64,000 nt of DNA from Aliarcobacter sp. (GCA_028689025.1 JAQTXA010000016.1:84-64083), one strand, 5' to 3'; positions 41,601 to 52,424 are shown, numbered from the stretch's first letter. The notes: generated from the sequence alone by a model not told the origin. Translations and numbers: made by a program.

Positions 41601-42115
41601 GCTTTTATTTGAAGTGGATCTTGACAAGTTTCAAGTAAGAAAATATCACATCCACCATCTACTAAACCTTGAGCCATGATTTTGTAACCATCGTACATTT
41701 CATCATATTTAATGTGTCCAAGTGATGGCAGTTTTGTTCCAGGACCAATTGAACCTAAAACATATCTTGGTTTTTCAGGTGTGCTATATTTTTCACAAGA
41801 TTTTTTTACAAGTGCAGCACCCAATTTTGAAAGTTCATAAGATGTTTGGCCAATACCGTATTCATCCAAAACCCAAGACATTGAACCAAAAGTATTTGTA
41901 CTTATTAAATCAGCACCAGCAATTGCGTAAGCATCATGAATAGTTTCAAGAACATGGGGAGCTGTTAAATTTAAAAGTTCATTACAACCCTCTAAATCAG
42001 CACCTTCATAAATCCACTCTTCTTTTTTTATGTCTGCCAATTGAAGCTGTGTTCCCATAGCTCCATCGATTATTAAAACTCTATTTTTTATTAAATCTTT
42101 TATTGTTTCTAACAT
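38639..42115 (-). CDS. metH: Cobalamin-dependent methionine synthase
   Basis: DGAMGT, GFNC, GGCCGT, IGERSN, GDVHDVGKN (B12) and RYSPGYAACPDL. Confidence 0.96.
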   Translation of the reverse strand: MLETIKDLIKNRVLIIDGAMGTQLQLADIKKEEWIYEGADLEGCNELLNLTAPHVLETIHDAYAIAGADLISTNTFGSMSWVLDEYGIGQTSYELSKLGAALVKKSCEKYSTPEKPRYVLGSIGPGTKLPSLGHIKYDEMYDGYKIMAQGLVDGGCDIFLLETCQDPLQIKAALHALTDIAPQIPIMVSVTIEMSGTMLIGTDALTIAAIMAPFNILSLGFNCGSGPKQVHKHVKTLSEVCKFPISVHANAGLPQNRGGKTYYPMQPDEFTSLQTEFLKINGVSFLGGCCGTTPEHIEALAKAVEGAIPLKSCGFLKASLASLFGTVPLKQEPAPLLIGERSNATGSKAFRELLKANDYEGTLSVGQQQVRAGAHVIDVSVGFAGRDERKDMDEVTALYSQKVALPLMPDSTQIYALEAALKQIGGRAIINSVNLEDGEEKFDAVCKLAKKFGAALVCLVIDEVGMAKTKEDKIRIAERIFDLCVNRHGFDPADLVFDMLTFTIGSGDDEYRTAGMETMEAIREFQILHPEVGTTLGLSNISFGLDIKARIYLNSIYLDHCVRAGLTSAIVNVKHIIPLNKISDEDRAACDNLIFNNHENGDPLFAFIEHFSNVEAHEEQTDEEYQNMPALEKVQKLLLDGDKDRLLPLVEELRHTIKPETIVNEWLIDGMKIIGELFGSGQMQLPFVLQSAETMKATVDALNPYLPKEEKASETTLILGTVKGDVHDVGKNLVDIILSNNGFKVVNVGIKAGLDTFVEKLQEHNAHAIGMSGLLVKSTAVMKENLEELQRMGIKIPVLLGGAALTKNFIDEYCRPYYDGPIFYCRDAFDGVVSMQRIEKGDENNTALAADLIQIIDTSDRVEEEAIVIPPYEEISLPEKGTFTFPPIWDRVAKTGGKLDKELIFKWINHRVLFRQRWGYKRGKQDAKAFLKYEEEVVEPTYQTLKAELIDKEVFEPIAIYAYYPCISHDNKLYIFDKKYLFNTLEESKNVPPLSEAIKVLEFPRQKRKPFRCIPDFFANDRLDVVAFTLASAGLKISDYERSIYDKGEFSKYYQVHGLGVELAEALAEVLHKQIRLDLDIVPKEGHTLNDVQMKQYVGCRYSPGYAACPDLAMNRDIFDLLNPEEFGIELSETFQMHPEQTTCAIVVTHKEANYYNI

Positions 42116-42207
42116 TTTTTTCTCTGTATTATTTATTATAATTGTTTTTGATATTTATTATTAGATAGTGTACTTAAATCGTAGTTAAAAAGTTGTTAAA
42201 CAAAATT

Positions 42208-42807
42208 TTAAATCTTTTGAATAACAACTCTAATCACGCAAGCCTCACCTTGATGGCCAATACCCTCATCTAAAGTTACAATCTCTTCTGAGATATTTTT
42301 TTCACATAAAGTAAAATGATTTGCAAAATCCTCAACGGTATATAAAAGCTCTAAATCTTTTGGTCCACCACTATTATAAGTCAATTGTTTTGTTGAAAAA
42401 AACTCTCCAACGAAGTAACCATTTGAATTTAAAGAGTTCTCTATTTTTTCAAATAAATTTTCCCTTTCATTCTTATACATATGTAAATATGAAGCTACGA
42501 TTACATCATATTTTTCATTAGCTTCCCAATGATTTAAGTCCATACAAAATGTTTTTATCACTAAATTCTCTTCTTTACTTCTAAAATCTAATTTTGCCAA
42601 ACCTACATCAGAAGCATCAATTGCACTAACTTCAAAACCATTTTGGGCAAAAAATATTGCGTTTCTTCCTTCACCCTCACCTAAACATAAAAGCTTTTTA
42701 TGATTTTTAAATAACTCTATTTTTGATGCCAAAAATTCATTTGGTTTTGTTCCATAAAAATAATCAGCTTTTGAGAATTTGCCATTCCAAAATATTTGTT
42801 GACTCAT
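42208..42807 (-). CDS. Class I SAM-dependent methyltransferase (TehB-like)
   Basis: YFYG..PN.FL and LCLGEGEGRNA. Confidence 0.85.
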   Translation of the reverse strand: MSQQIFWNGKFSKADYFYGTKPNEFLASKIELFKNHKKLLCLGEGEGRNAIFFAQNGFEVSAIDASDVGLAKLDFRSKEENLVIKTFCMDLNHWEANEKYDVIVASYLHMYKNERENLFEKIENSLNSNGYFVGEFFSTKQLTYNSGGPKDLELLYTVEDFANHFTLCEKNISEEIVTLDEGIGHQGEACVIRVVIQKI

Positions 42808-42823
42808 GTTTTTACCTTATATT

Positions 42824-43444
42824 TTAGTATTTACTACAATCAGTTTTTACATTATCTATCAAAGTTATGTACCAATTATTTTCTATTTTTGTTAAATAAA
42901 ATATTACATTGTAAGGAATAGTGATTTCATAACTTGTTTGCTCAATAAAATTAGCTCTTTCTAAATCTTCTTTTTTAAATTTATCTGTTTCTAAAAGATT
43001 CACTTCTTCCATAATATCTGTTATGTATGGTTTTGTTTGAGTATCTAAAAACACACCTTCTTTATCCCAACCATATAAACTATCATCTAAAGGACTACAA
43101 TTAAAAGTTACCTTTTCAATTTTTACATCAATATCATCAATTAGATTACTAAATTCTGTAGTGAAACTTTTCTTTATTTCGAAAGTATTTTCTTTTTCAA
43201 ACATTGTTATGTCATAAAAGCCATAACTTGGATGTATATATTTACTATTCAATAATGCTAAATTATTTTGTTTTACAAGCAAAAGAATTTGACTTATTTC
43301 ATTCATCAAGACAGGAGAAATTGGCTCTTTTTTATATACTATTTTTTCATTAACCATCATTTGATTACTATCAACTGCACACGCTGTTAAAAAAAGTGTA
43401 ATGAGGATTAATGTTAATAAATGAAAGAACTTTTTTAAAAGCAT
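42824..43444 (-). CDS. Hypothetical lipoprotein
   Basis: Lipobox LTAC after a hydrophobic leader. Confidence 0.75.
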   Translation of the reverse strand: MLLKKFFHLLTLILITLFLTACAVDSNQMMVNEKIVYKKEPISPVLMNEISQILLLVKQNNLALLNSKYIHPSYGFYDITMFEKENTFEIKKSFTTEFSNLIDDIDVKIEKVTFNCSPLDDSLYGWDKEGVFLDTQTKPYITDIMEEVNLLETDKFKKEDLERANFIEQTSYEITIPYNVIFYLTKIENNWYITLIDNVKTDCSKY

Positions 43445-43583
43445 TTTTTTTCTTACCTGTATTTTTTCTTTTATATTACATTTAAATATCTTAAATACTT
43501 AATAAGCCATTATCTAAGAGTTAATTTTAATAATATCTTAGATAAAATAATTGTTAAAATTTTAATCATTAGGAATTAATAAA

Positions 43584-44504
43584 ATGACTGAATCAAAATA
43601 TATTTGGATGGATGGAGAATTTGTAAATTGGCATGATGCTAAAGTACATGTTCTAAGTCATACTCTTCATTATGGAAATGGTGCAATTGAAGGGACAAAA
43701 GCTTATAAAACTGTAGATGGTAGATGTGCAATTTTTAAACTTAACGAACATACTAAAAGATTATTAAACTCTTCAAAAATGACACTAATGAATGTACCTT
43801 TTACACTTGAAGAATTAAATAAAGCTCAAATTGAATTATTACAAAAAAATGAATTATTTGAAGGTGCCTATATCAGACCTTTAGTATATCTAGGTTACGG
43901 TGTTATGGGACTATATCACAAAGATGCACCAGTTAAAGTTTCAGTTTCTGCTTGGGAATGGGGAGCTTATTTGGGTGAAGAAGGTCTTAGAAAAGGTGTT
44001 AGAGTTAAAATATCTTCAATGACAAGAACTCCAAATACTTCAGGAATGGGTAAAGCAAAAGCAGTTGCAAACTACTTAAATTCTCAAATGGCAAAATATG
44101 AAGCTGTTGAAGCTGGATATGATGAAGCTTTATTAAGAGATGACCAAGGTTATATTGCAGAAGCAAGTGGTGCTTGTTTCTTTATCGTTAGAGATGGTAC
44201 TTTAATTACTCCTCCAAATGATAATTCACTTGAGTCAATTACACAAGCAACTGTTATTGATTTAGCTGCTGATATGGGAATTCCTGTTATTAGAAGAAGA
44301 ATTTCTAGAGAAGAAGTTTATATAGCAGACGAAGCATTCTTCACAGGAACTGCTGCTGAAATCACTCCAATTAGAGATGTAGATGCAAGAGTTATCGGAT
44401 GTGGCTCACGTGGTCCAATTACAGAAAAAATACAATCAGCATACTTTGATGTAGTAGCTGGTAAAAATGAAAAATATATTAAGTATTTAACATACGTTAA
44501 CTAA
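43584..44504 (+). CDS. ilvE: Branched-chain amino acid aminotransferase
   Basis: HTLHYG..IEG, KAVANY and EAFFTGTAAEITP. Confidence 0.96.
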   Translation: MTESKYIWMDGEFVNWHDAKVHVLSHTLHYGNGAIEGTKAYKTVDGRCAIFKLNEHTKRLLNSSKMTLMNVPFTLEELNKAQIELLQKNELFEGAYIRPLVYLGYGVMGLYHKDAPVKVSVSAWEWGAYLGEEGLRKGVRVKISSMTRTPNTSGMGKAKAVANYLNSQMAKYEAVEAGYDEALLRDDQGYIAEASGACFFIVRDGTLITPPNDNSLESITQATVIDLAADMGIPVIRRRISREEVYIADEAFFTGTAAEITPIRDVDARVIGCGSRGPITEKIQSAYFDVVAGKNEKYIKYLTYVN

Positions 44505-44547
44505 AGTCAATTAATATACGTCAGAAATATTTAAATTAAGGAAAAAT

Positions 44548-45627
44548 ATGCCAATAGACAACGACTATTTCAAAAACAGACAAAATAATAACAATGGTGG
44601 TGGGAACAATAACGGTGGTGGAAATTTCCAACCTCCTTTTGAAACACCTGAATTTTTCAAAAATTTTGGGAAAAAAGCTGGAATGCTTTATGTGGTTATT
44701 ATAATCATAGGTGCACTTTTTATTTTCAAGCCATTTGTAATTATTGAATCAGGACAAGTTGGGATTAAAGCAACTACTGGTAAATATGATGAAACTCCTT
44801 TAAATCCTGGTTTTCACTTATATGTTCCTGTTTTCCAAAAAGTTATAATAGTTGATACTAAAGTTAGATTATTAAACTATAGAAGTGTTGAAGAGATGAG
44901 CGGATTTGATGCTGGTATCAAAATTAATCCAGCAATTAATATCTTAGATGCAAGAGGTTTACCTGTTTCTATTGAACTTACTGTTCAATATAGACTTACA
45001 GCTTCAGGTGCTCCATTTACAATTGCAACATGGGGACTTTCATGGGAAGATAAAATCGTAAATCCAGTTGTAAGAAATGTTGTAAGAAACGTTGTTGGTG
45101 GATTTAATGCAGAAGACTTACCTACAAAAAGAAATGAAATTGCAACTATGGTTGAACAAGGAATTAGAGAGCAAATTGAAAATTTACAAGGGAAACCTGT
45201 TAGTATTGAATCTGTTCAATTAAGAGAGATTGTTCTTCCTATTAAAATTAAAGAGCAAATTGAAAGAGTTCAAATTGCGAATCAAGAATCTGAAAGAGTA
45301 AGATACGAAGTTTTAAGAGCTAAACAAGAAGCTGAAAAAAGAGCTGCACAAGCAACTGGTGAAGCAGAAGCAAAAAGAATTGAAGCACAAGGTAGAGCTG
45401 ATGCTGTAACTATTGAAGCAAAAGCACAATCTGTTGCAAACAAATCTATTGCAGAATCTTTAACTCCAAGTTTATTACAAATGCAACAAATTGAAGTTCA
45501 AGGTAAATTCAATGATGCACTAAGAGATAACAAAGATGCTAAGATTTTCTTAACACCTGGTGGTTCAACTCCAAATATTTGGGTTGATACTAAAGATAAA
45601 GCTAGAGATGCAGCAATAAACAAATAA
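44548..45627 (+). CDS. SPFH/prohibitin-domain membrane protein
   Basis: TM helix, band-7 domain, coiled AEA repeats; follows ilvE as in Campylobacter. Confidence 0.9.
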   Translation: MPIDNDYFKNRQNNNNGGGNNNGGGNFQPPFETPEFFKNFGKKAGMLYVVIIIIGALFIFKPFVIIESGQVGIKATTGKYDETPLNPGFHLYVPVFQKVIIVDTKVRLLNYRSVEEMSGFDAGIKINPAINILDARGLPVSIELTVQYRLTASGAPFTIATWGLSWEDKIVNPVVRNVVRNVVGGFNAEDLPTKRNEIATMVEQGIREQIENLQGKPVSIESVQLREIVLPIKIKEQIERVQIANQESERVRYEVLRAKQEAEKRAAQATGEAEAKRIEAQGRADAVTIEAKAQSVANKSIAESLTPSLLQMQQIEVQGKFNDALRDNKDAKIFLTPGGSTPNIWVDTKDKARDAAINK

Positions 45628-45652
45628 AAAGAAGTAGGAAACTACTTCTTTT
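45627..45652 (+). terminator. Intrinsic terminator after the SPFH gene
   Basis: AAAAGAAGTAG-GAAA-CTACTTCTTTT. Confidence 0.85.
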
Positions 45653-45658
45653 AAAACT

Positions 45659-45916
45659 ATGAAAAAAAATTCTTTTTTATTAATTTCAACTCTAATACTC
45701 ATCTTTACAACTTCTATTTATGCAAAAAAAATAGAATCGGTTGTAATAGTTAAACCTGAAATAAAATATAGTGAAAATCTTAAATATGAAAAAACTGAAG
45801 AATTTACAGAAGAAAAAGCATATAAAGAAAAATACGATTTTGGATTTGATTTGAATATTAATAAAGAAGAAAGAACTATCGATTATTGGAAAGTCGATGT
45901 TAAAACAAACTTTTAG
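45659..45916 (+). CDS. Small exported protein with C-terminal beta-hairpin
   Basis: Signal peptide ending IYA; C-terminus YWKVDVKTNF. Confidence 0.7.
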   Translation: MKKNSFLLISTLILIFTTSIYAKKIESVVIVKPEIKYSENLKYEKTEEFTEEKAYKEKYDFGFDLNINKEERTIDYWKVDVKTNF

Positions 45917-45927
45917 AGGAAAAGATT

Positions 45928-46611
45928 ATGGAACAATTAAATAAAATAGATTGGGCAAAGATGGATAATCTTATCCCAGTTATTACTCAAGATGCGACTA
46001 CAAATGAAGTTTTAATGCTAGCATACATGAATCCTGAAGCACTAGAATTAACAATCAAAACAAACTATGCCCACTATTTTAGTAGAAGTAAACAAAGAAT
46101 TTGGAAAAAAGGTGAAAGCTCAAACCATCTTCAAGAAATCGTTGAAATTTTAATTGATTGTGATAATGATACACTACTACTAAAAGTAAATCAAGAAGGT
46201 GTTGCTTGCCATACAGGAAGAAAATCTTGTTTCTTTACGAATCTATCTACAAATGAAACAATAAGTGATGTTCAGATTGATACAACATCTGCTTATGGAG
46301 TGATTGATACTTTATATCACACTATTCAAGAGAAGAAAAATGACGATCCAAATAAATCATACACTGCAAAACTTCTTCAAGGTAAACAAAACTCAATGCT
46401 TAAAAAAATTGTTGAAGAATCAGGTGAATTTACTTTTGCTATAAAAGATAATGATACTGAAGAAATCATCTATGAAGCAGCTGATATAACATACCACGTT
46501 TTAGTGGCACTTGCATCTAAAAATATAAGTCCAGATAGAGTTAAACAAGAGTTAGTAAGAAGATTTGGAATCTCAGGGATTGAAGAGAAAAATTCAAGAA
46601 CAGATAAATAA
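45928..46611 (+). CDS. hisIE: Bifunctional PR-AMP cyclohydrolase / PR-ATP pyrophosphatase
   Basis: WKKGESS, DCDND, ACHTGRKSCFF, SYTAKL and EAADI.YH. Confidence 0.95.
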   Translation: MEQLNKIDWAKMDNLIPVITQDATTNEVLMLAYMNPEALELTIKTNYAHYFSRSKQRIWKKGESSNHLQEIVEILIDCDNDTLLLKVNQEGVACHTGRKSCFFTNLSTNETISDVQIDTTSAYGVIDTLYHTIQEKKNDDPNKSYTAKLLQGKQNSMLKKIVEESGEFTFAIKDNDTEEIIYEAADITYHVLVALASKNISPDRVKQELVRRFGISGIEEKNSRTDK

Positions 46612-46614
46612 GTT

Positions 46615-46644
46615 TATAAAAAGAGTTTAAAAACTCTTTTTATA
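46615..46644. terminator. Bidirectional terminator between hisIE and mrp
   Basis: TATAAAAAGAGTTT-aa-AAACTCTTTTTATA. Confidence 0.8.
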
Positions 46645-46655
46645 TTTTTCTACTT

Positions 46656-47849
46656 TTAGTGACAACCACATCCAGTTCCACAACTTTCACCACTTTTAGC
46701 TTTTTGAGCTGCTGCTTCATGTTCAGCTTTTATTTTTTGACCTTCAGTTGAACAAGCACTTACACCTGCTGGCATTATTGGTTGAATCGCTGAATTATTA
46801 ATATCATCATCAATATTTGCTAAAAACTGAATTAGTTTATCAGCAGCAATCATATATCTTTTTGCTGAAACTGATTCAGGATTAAAATAAACTACAGGTT
46901 TTCCACTATCGCCACCTTCTCTAATAGCTGGCTCAATTGGTAAGTTTGCTAATACTTGAGTATTATATTGAACTGCAAGTTCTTCACAAGTTCCCATTCC
47001 AAAAATATCAGATTCTACATTACATGATGGACAAACAAATCCACTCATATTTTCAACAATTCCAGCAACTGGAATATGTAGTTTTTTGAACATGTCTAAT
47101 GATCTTCTTGAATCATCAAGAGCCACATGTTGAGGAGTTGTTACATTGATTCCAGCACTAACAGGAACACTTTGAGCTAAAGTTAATTGAGCATCACCAG
47201 TTCCTGGAGGCATATCAATAAATAAAATATCTAACTCTTCCCATAAAATATCTCTTAAAAGTTGTTGGATTGCTTTCATAATCATAGCACCTCTCCAAAT
47301 AAGAGCTTGCCCCTCTTCCATTAACATACCCATTGACATAACATCAACGCCATAAGCATTTAAAGGTTTTGCTTTATCTCCAACAATTTCTACTTCTTTA
47401 CCTTGTAAACCCATCATACGAGGAATATTTGGCCCATAAATATCAGCATCAAGAATACCAACTCTTTTACCTTGCATTGCAGCTGCAACTGCTAAGTTTA
47501 CAGTTGTTGTTGATTTACCAACTCCACCTTTTCCTGAACTTACCATTACAACTTTTTTGATTTGCGGTGCAATATTTTTACCACTTACACTATTACTTGA
47601 TTGAACTTGTTCTTTTGGTTTATTAAAATTCAGTGTAACATTCATTCCAATAGCACTTAATGCTGCCGTAATTTCTTTTCTTAGTTGATCTTCAACTTCT
47701 GGAGCAGTTGAAGTAATATCAAGTGCAACTACACAATTTGTTCCATTTACTTGAATATCTTTTACAAATCCAAACTCTACTATTGATTTTGCGAAACCTG
47801 GATATTTAATATTTTCTAATTCTTTTTTAATATTTTCTACATTTGCCAT
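46656..47849 (-). CDS. mrp: Mrp/ApbC Fe-S cluster carrier ATPase
   Basis: SGKGGVGKST, DADIYGP, DMPPGTGD and ENMSGFVCPSC. Confidence 0.93.
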   Translation of the reverse strand: MANVENIKKELENIKYPGFAKSIVEFGFVKDIQVNGTNCVVALDITSTAPEVEDQLRKEITAALSAIGMNVTLNFNKPKEQVQSSNSVSGKNIAPQIKKVVMVSSGKGGVGKSTTTVNLAVAAAMQGKRVGILDADIYGPNIPRMMGLQGKEVEIVGDKAKPLNAYGVDVMSMGMLMEEGQALIWRGAMIMKAIQQLLRDILWEELDILFIDMPPGTGDAQLTLAQSVPVSAGINVTTPQHVALDDSRRSLDMFKKLHIPVAGIVENMSGFVCPSCNVESDIFGMGTCEELAVQYNTQVLANLPIEPAIREGGDSGKPVVYFNPESVSAKRYMIAADKLIQFLANIDDDINNSAIQPIMPAGVSACSTEGQKIKAEHEAAAQKAKSGESCGTGCGCH

Positions 47850-47898
47850 ATAAAAATTCCTTTAATATTTACTAATGTTTGCATTATAATTTAAATAG

Positions 47899-47911
47899 GA
47901 TAATTATTATC
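47899..47911. promoter_or_regulatory. Fur/PerR-like box upstream of the mrp -10
   Basis: GATAAT-T-ATTATC (6-1-6 palindrome), 11-23 nt upstream of the minus-strand TATAAT at 47888-47883. Confidence 0.45.
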
Positions 47912-47996
47912 TTAATTAACTATAGTATTAGGTATTTTAGCAAAAGAATAAAAAGAATAAGGAATAAATTTGATAAGAAAGTGAAGAATTTAGGAA

Positions 47997-48026
47997 AATA
48001 GTAGATACAAACTTGTATCTACTATT
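47997..48026 (-). terminator. Terminator of thiC
   Basis: AATAGTAGATACAA / TTGTATCTACTATT inverted repeat. Confidence 0.75.
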
Positions 48027-48037
48027 AAAAAGAAGAG

Positions 48038-49432
<1,395 letters not shown>

Positions 49433-49539
49433 TTATAGCTAAATATGTTTAGAGAACCTTAAGTCCTCTCATTAATTACAAATTATTATTCGTATAAGTT
49501 TCTTTTCTATATAATTAATGCAAATATACAATAGGTGTA

Positions 49540-51531
49540 GTGATGATGATTAATGAAGATTCTACAAACTCTCCAACTTTTTCTTTTTTTACAAGTAAAG
49601 AATTAGAACAAAAAGATTGTATAAAACAAATAGATGAAGTACTAGAAAAATATAATATTCTAGAAAATGACAACCAATTAATAAGTTCACTTGAAAAAAA
49701 TATTTTATATACGATAAATTATATAGAAGCCCTATCTATCAAAAAGGAAGATATTCCTGAAGATTTAGAAAATTTATTTTTAAATAATCCAACTTTTAAA
49801 GAACAAATAAATCTTTATGTTGAAAAAAAGCTCTTAAATATTACTCAAAAAGATTCAATTTATTTTTTCAAAGATATAAATATCATGTTACACATCTTAT
49901 CTATTGGAACAAAAGAGAAAATCATAGAGTCTTACAATAGTTATAATTTTGATTCACTCTCTAATCTTTTTAGATTTTATGAAGCTAAATTAAAATTCCT
50001 ATTTTTAAATAATCTAAAACTTTTTAACATAACATTTGATTCTTATATTGTTTTATTAAGAACTATTACTCAATTATGTAGTTTTAACTCTATTGATATA
50101 ATTGCAAAAAAAAATATAAGATTTTTTCTTGAACTAATGACTGAGACTATAAATCTCTTAAAATTCAATGTTTTATTAGATGAAGAAAAACTAAATAAAT
50201 TAAATAACATCCAAGGAAAATATTTATACTATTTTTCACATATGGATGAGATAAAATTTGAATTAAATGATTTGAACACAACTTTTAAAAACTATTTATT
50301 AAACCTTGAAAAACATGAAGATGGTTATATTCTATCAAAAGAGAGTAATTTTGGAAATGAAACCGAAAACTTAGATTCTCAAGAATTTCTAATATTTAAA
50401 ATGAACTCTTCTATTTTAATCTTAAAATTAATAAAAGAGTTAAAAAATTCTATGGATGAAGTTTTATATTTTGACGCTGATGATTTCCAAAGAATATTAA
50501 GATTCTATTATAAAAAGTTCAGTCTATATCTTCCAAGTGAAAACATTGCTTTAAATGTAACAGATTTTCAAAATGATTTATTAAATGCACTTTTGACAAA
50601 TTACCAATTAAATCAAGACTTTTTAAAAAAACTTGATTATCATTTAATCATTGATGATTTTGTATTTTCACAACAAAATACAAGTAATACAAATTTAGAG
50701 ATTATTTATAAACTTTTATTTTTTGCAGATGATATTCCTACATATAAATATCATCAAATTACCCAAATTCTAGCTGACTATAAACCAATTAAAAATGATT
50801 ACCATGAATTCTTTAAATTAGAAATATTCGATTTAACAATAAATGCATCTATGCAAAATAAATACAATAATGAGATTGAAGAGTTACTAAACAAAATTTA
50901 TATCTATGTAAATAACTATAAAATTGCCTCACATCTTTTATCTGTTTATTCAAAAATCTATTTGAGTCTTAGCCTTTTTTATTCAACAAATTTAATTGAT
51001 TTAAAAAAAGCGAAAAATTTATATTCTATGTTTATACAAATTAATGGTTTAGAAATTCTTCAAAATGAGTATAATGAGATAAATTCTGCTATTTTGGACA
51101 ATATTCAAATTTCTTCTGAGCTTATTTTAAAAGAGTTTTTAGAAAACAAAAATATTGAATTAGAAAATGAACTATTAAAGATAAAAGATAAAATTAATAA
51201 AAATATTTCTAGAGATGAAATTAAAATATCTCTTGTTAATTTTATTTCAAACAATATATTTCATGGCTTATGTATAACTTATCTTTTAGAATCTAATCAA
51301 GATTTAGATAGTTTAGATGCAGGTTTCGAAGATTATAAAATAATCTTGCCCAAATATGTTATTAGACTAATTTTTACAACAGTTTATAAATCTAACTTTT
51401 TATCTATTTTTGATGAAAATAGAATGCTGATTGAAAATAATCTATGTAAAATTCTTAATAATTTTAAAGAAGAAAACAAAAAATTCAATATTCTTATTGA
51501 TGATGAAGATGAAATAGAGATAAATTACTAA
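49540..51531 (+). CDS. Large hypothetical protein (663 aa, helical, no TM)
   Basis: Long uninterrupted ORF; the start may be ATG 49543 or 49546. Confidence 0.8.
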   Translation: MMMINEDSTNSPTFSFFTSKELEQKDCIKQIDEVLEKYNILENDNQLISSLEKNILYTINYIEALSIKKEDIPEDLENLFLNNPTFKEQINLYVEKKLLNITQKDSIYFFKDINIMLHILSIGTKEKIIESYNSYNFDSLSNLFRFYEAKLKFLFLNNLKLFNITFDSYIVLLRTITQLCSFNSIDIIAKKNIRFFLELMTETINLLKFNVLLDEEKLNKLNNIQGKYLYYFSHMDEIKFELNDLNTTFKNYLLNLEKHEDGYILSKESNFGNETENLDSQEFLIFKMNSSILILKLIKELKNSMDEVLYFDADDFQRILRFYYKKFSLYLPSENIALNVTDFQNDLLNALLTNYQLNQDFLKKLDYHLIIDDFVFSQQNTSNTNLEIIYKLLFFADDIPTYKYHQITQILADYKPIKNDYHEFFKLEIFDLTINASMQNKYNNEIEELLNKIYIYVNNYKIASHLLSVYSKIYLSLSLFYSTNLIDLKKAKNLYSMFIQINGLEILQNEYNEINSAILDNIQISSELILKEFLENKNIELENELLKIKDKINKNISRDEIKISLVNFISNNIFHGLCITYLLESNQDLDSLDAGFEDYKIILPKYVIRLIFTTVYKSNFLSIFDENRMLIENNLCKILNNFKEENKKFNILIDDEDEIEINY

Positions 51532-51546
51532 TTTTTTAGGAAAATA

Positions 51547-52368
51547 ATGAAAAAAGATTTAAGAGAAGAGATAAACTCATTACCTCCTCTACCTGCAAGT
51601 GTAATAGAACTTGAGAACTATAAAAAACTTGATAATAGTGATATTAAAAAGTTGACTTCAATTATCAAAAAAGATCCTTTGATGGTAGTAACCATTTTAA
51701 AGATTGCAAATTCAAGTATGTTTGGATTTAAAAGTAAAGTTGAAACTCTAAGTAGAGCTATTAATTTACTTGGAATAAATTTCACAATTTCTGTTGCTAT
51801 TGGTTCTGCAATACAAAATACTATTCATAGTAATTTATTAGCATATGCTGTAAAAAATGATGATTTTCTTTTTATAAGTTCTCTAGCTTCAAATATTGTT
51901 AACACATGGGTTTCAACTATAAATTTTGATTTAAAAAATGAACTTTTATTACCTGCATTTTTACAAGAAGTAGGAAAATTCATCATTTCACAAGTAATTC
52001 AAAAAAACAGAAAATCTGAAGAATTTTTAATGGAATTAGAAGAGACAAAAGACACAACCTACTGTGAAAAAAAATACACTGGTTATAGTTGTGCAAGAAT
52101 AACTGCAAATGTATTTAAACAATGGGACATAAGTCCAAATATAATAATTCCAATCGCTTTTACCGATGATATAGAATCTTGCCCAAATGAATTTAAAACA
52201 AAAGCGCAAATTTTAGAAATAATAAAAATTTTATGTGATATTCGTTATCCACTAAGTGATGAGAATATTCACAAAGCTTTAGAAAAGGTTTCATTATATA
52301 ATTTTGATGTTGAAAACTTTTTAAATTCTATTGATGTGATAAAAGAAGTAATTAATCAAAATTCTTAA
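51547..52368 (+). CDS. Stand-alone HDOD-domain protein
   Basis: LPPLP, DPL....ILKIANS..FG and L.PAFLQEVGK. Confidence 0.88.
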   Translation: MKKDLREEINSLPPLPASVIELENYKKLDNSDIKKLTSIIKKDPLMVVTILKIANSSMFGFKSKVETLSRAINLLGINFTISVAIGSAIQNTIHSNLLAYAVKNDDFLFISSLASNIVNTWVSTINFDLKNELLLPAFLQEVGKFIISQVIQKNRKSEEFLMELEETKDTTYCEKKYTGYSCARITANVFKQWDISPNIIIPIAFTDDIESCPNEFKTKAQILEIIKILCDIRYPLSDENIHKALEKVSLYNFDVENFLNSIDVIKEVINQNS

Positions 52369-52424
52369 CTTATGCATAAGTAAGTATATACTATAATATG
52401 TAACTTTTTTACACAAAGGGGTTT

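Noticed and set aside
44581-44630. NNNNGGGNNNGGG repeat in the SPFH N-terminus
   Set aside because: An ordinary low-complexity tail with synonymous variation; not a contingency locus
47940-47970. Decaying AAGAATAA repeats after the thiC terminator
   Set aside because: Low-complexity purine tract with no spacer structure; not CRISPR-like
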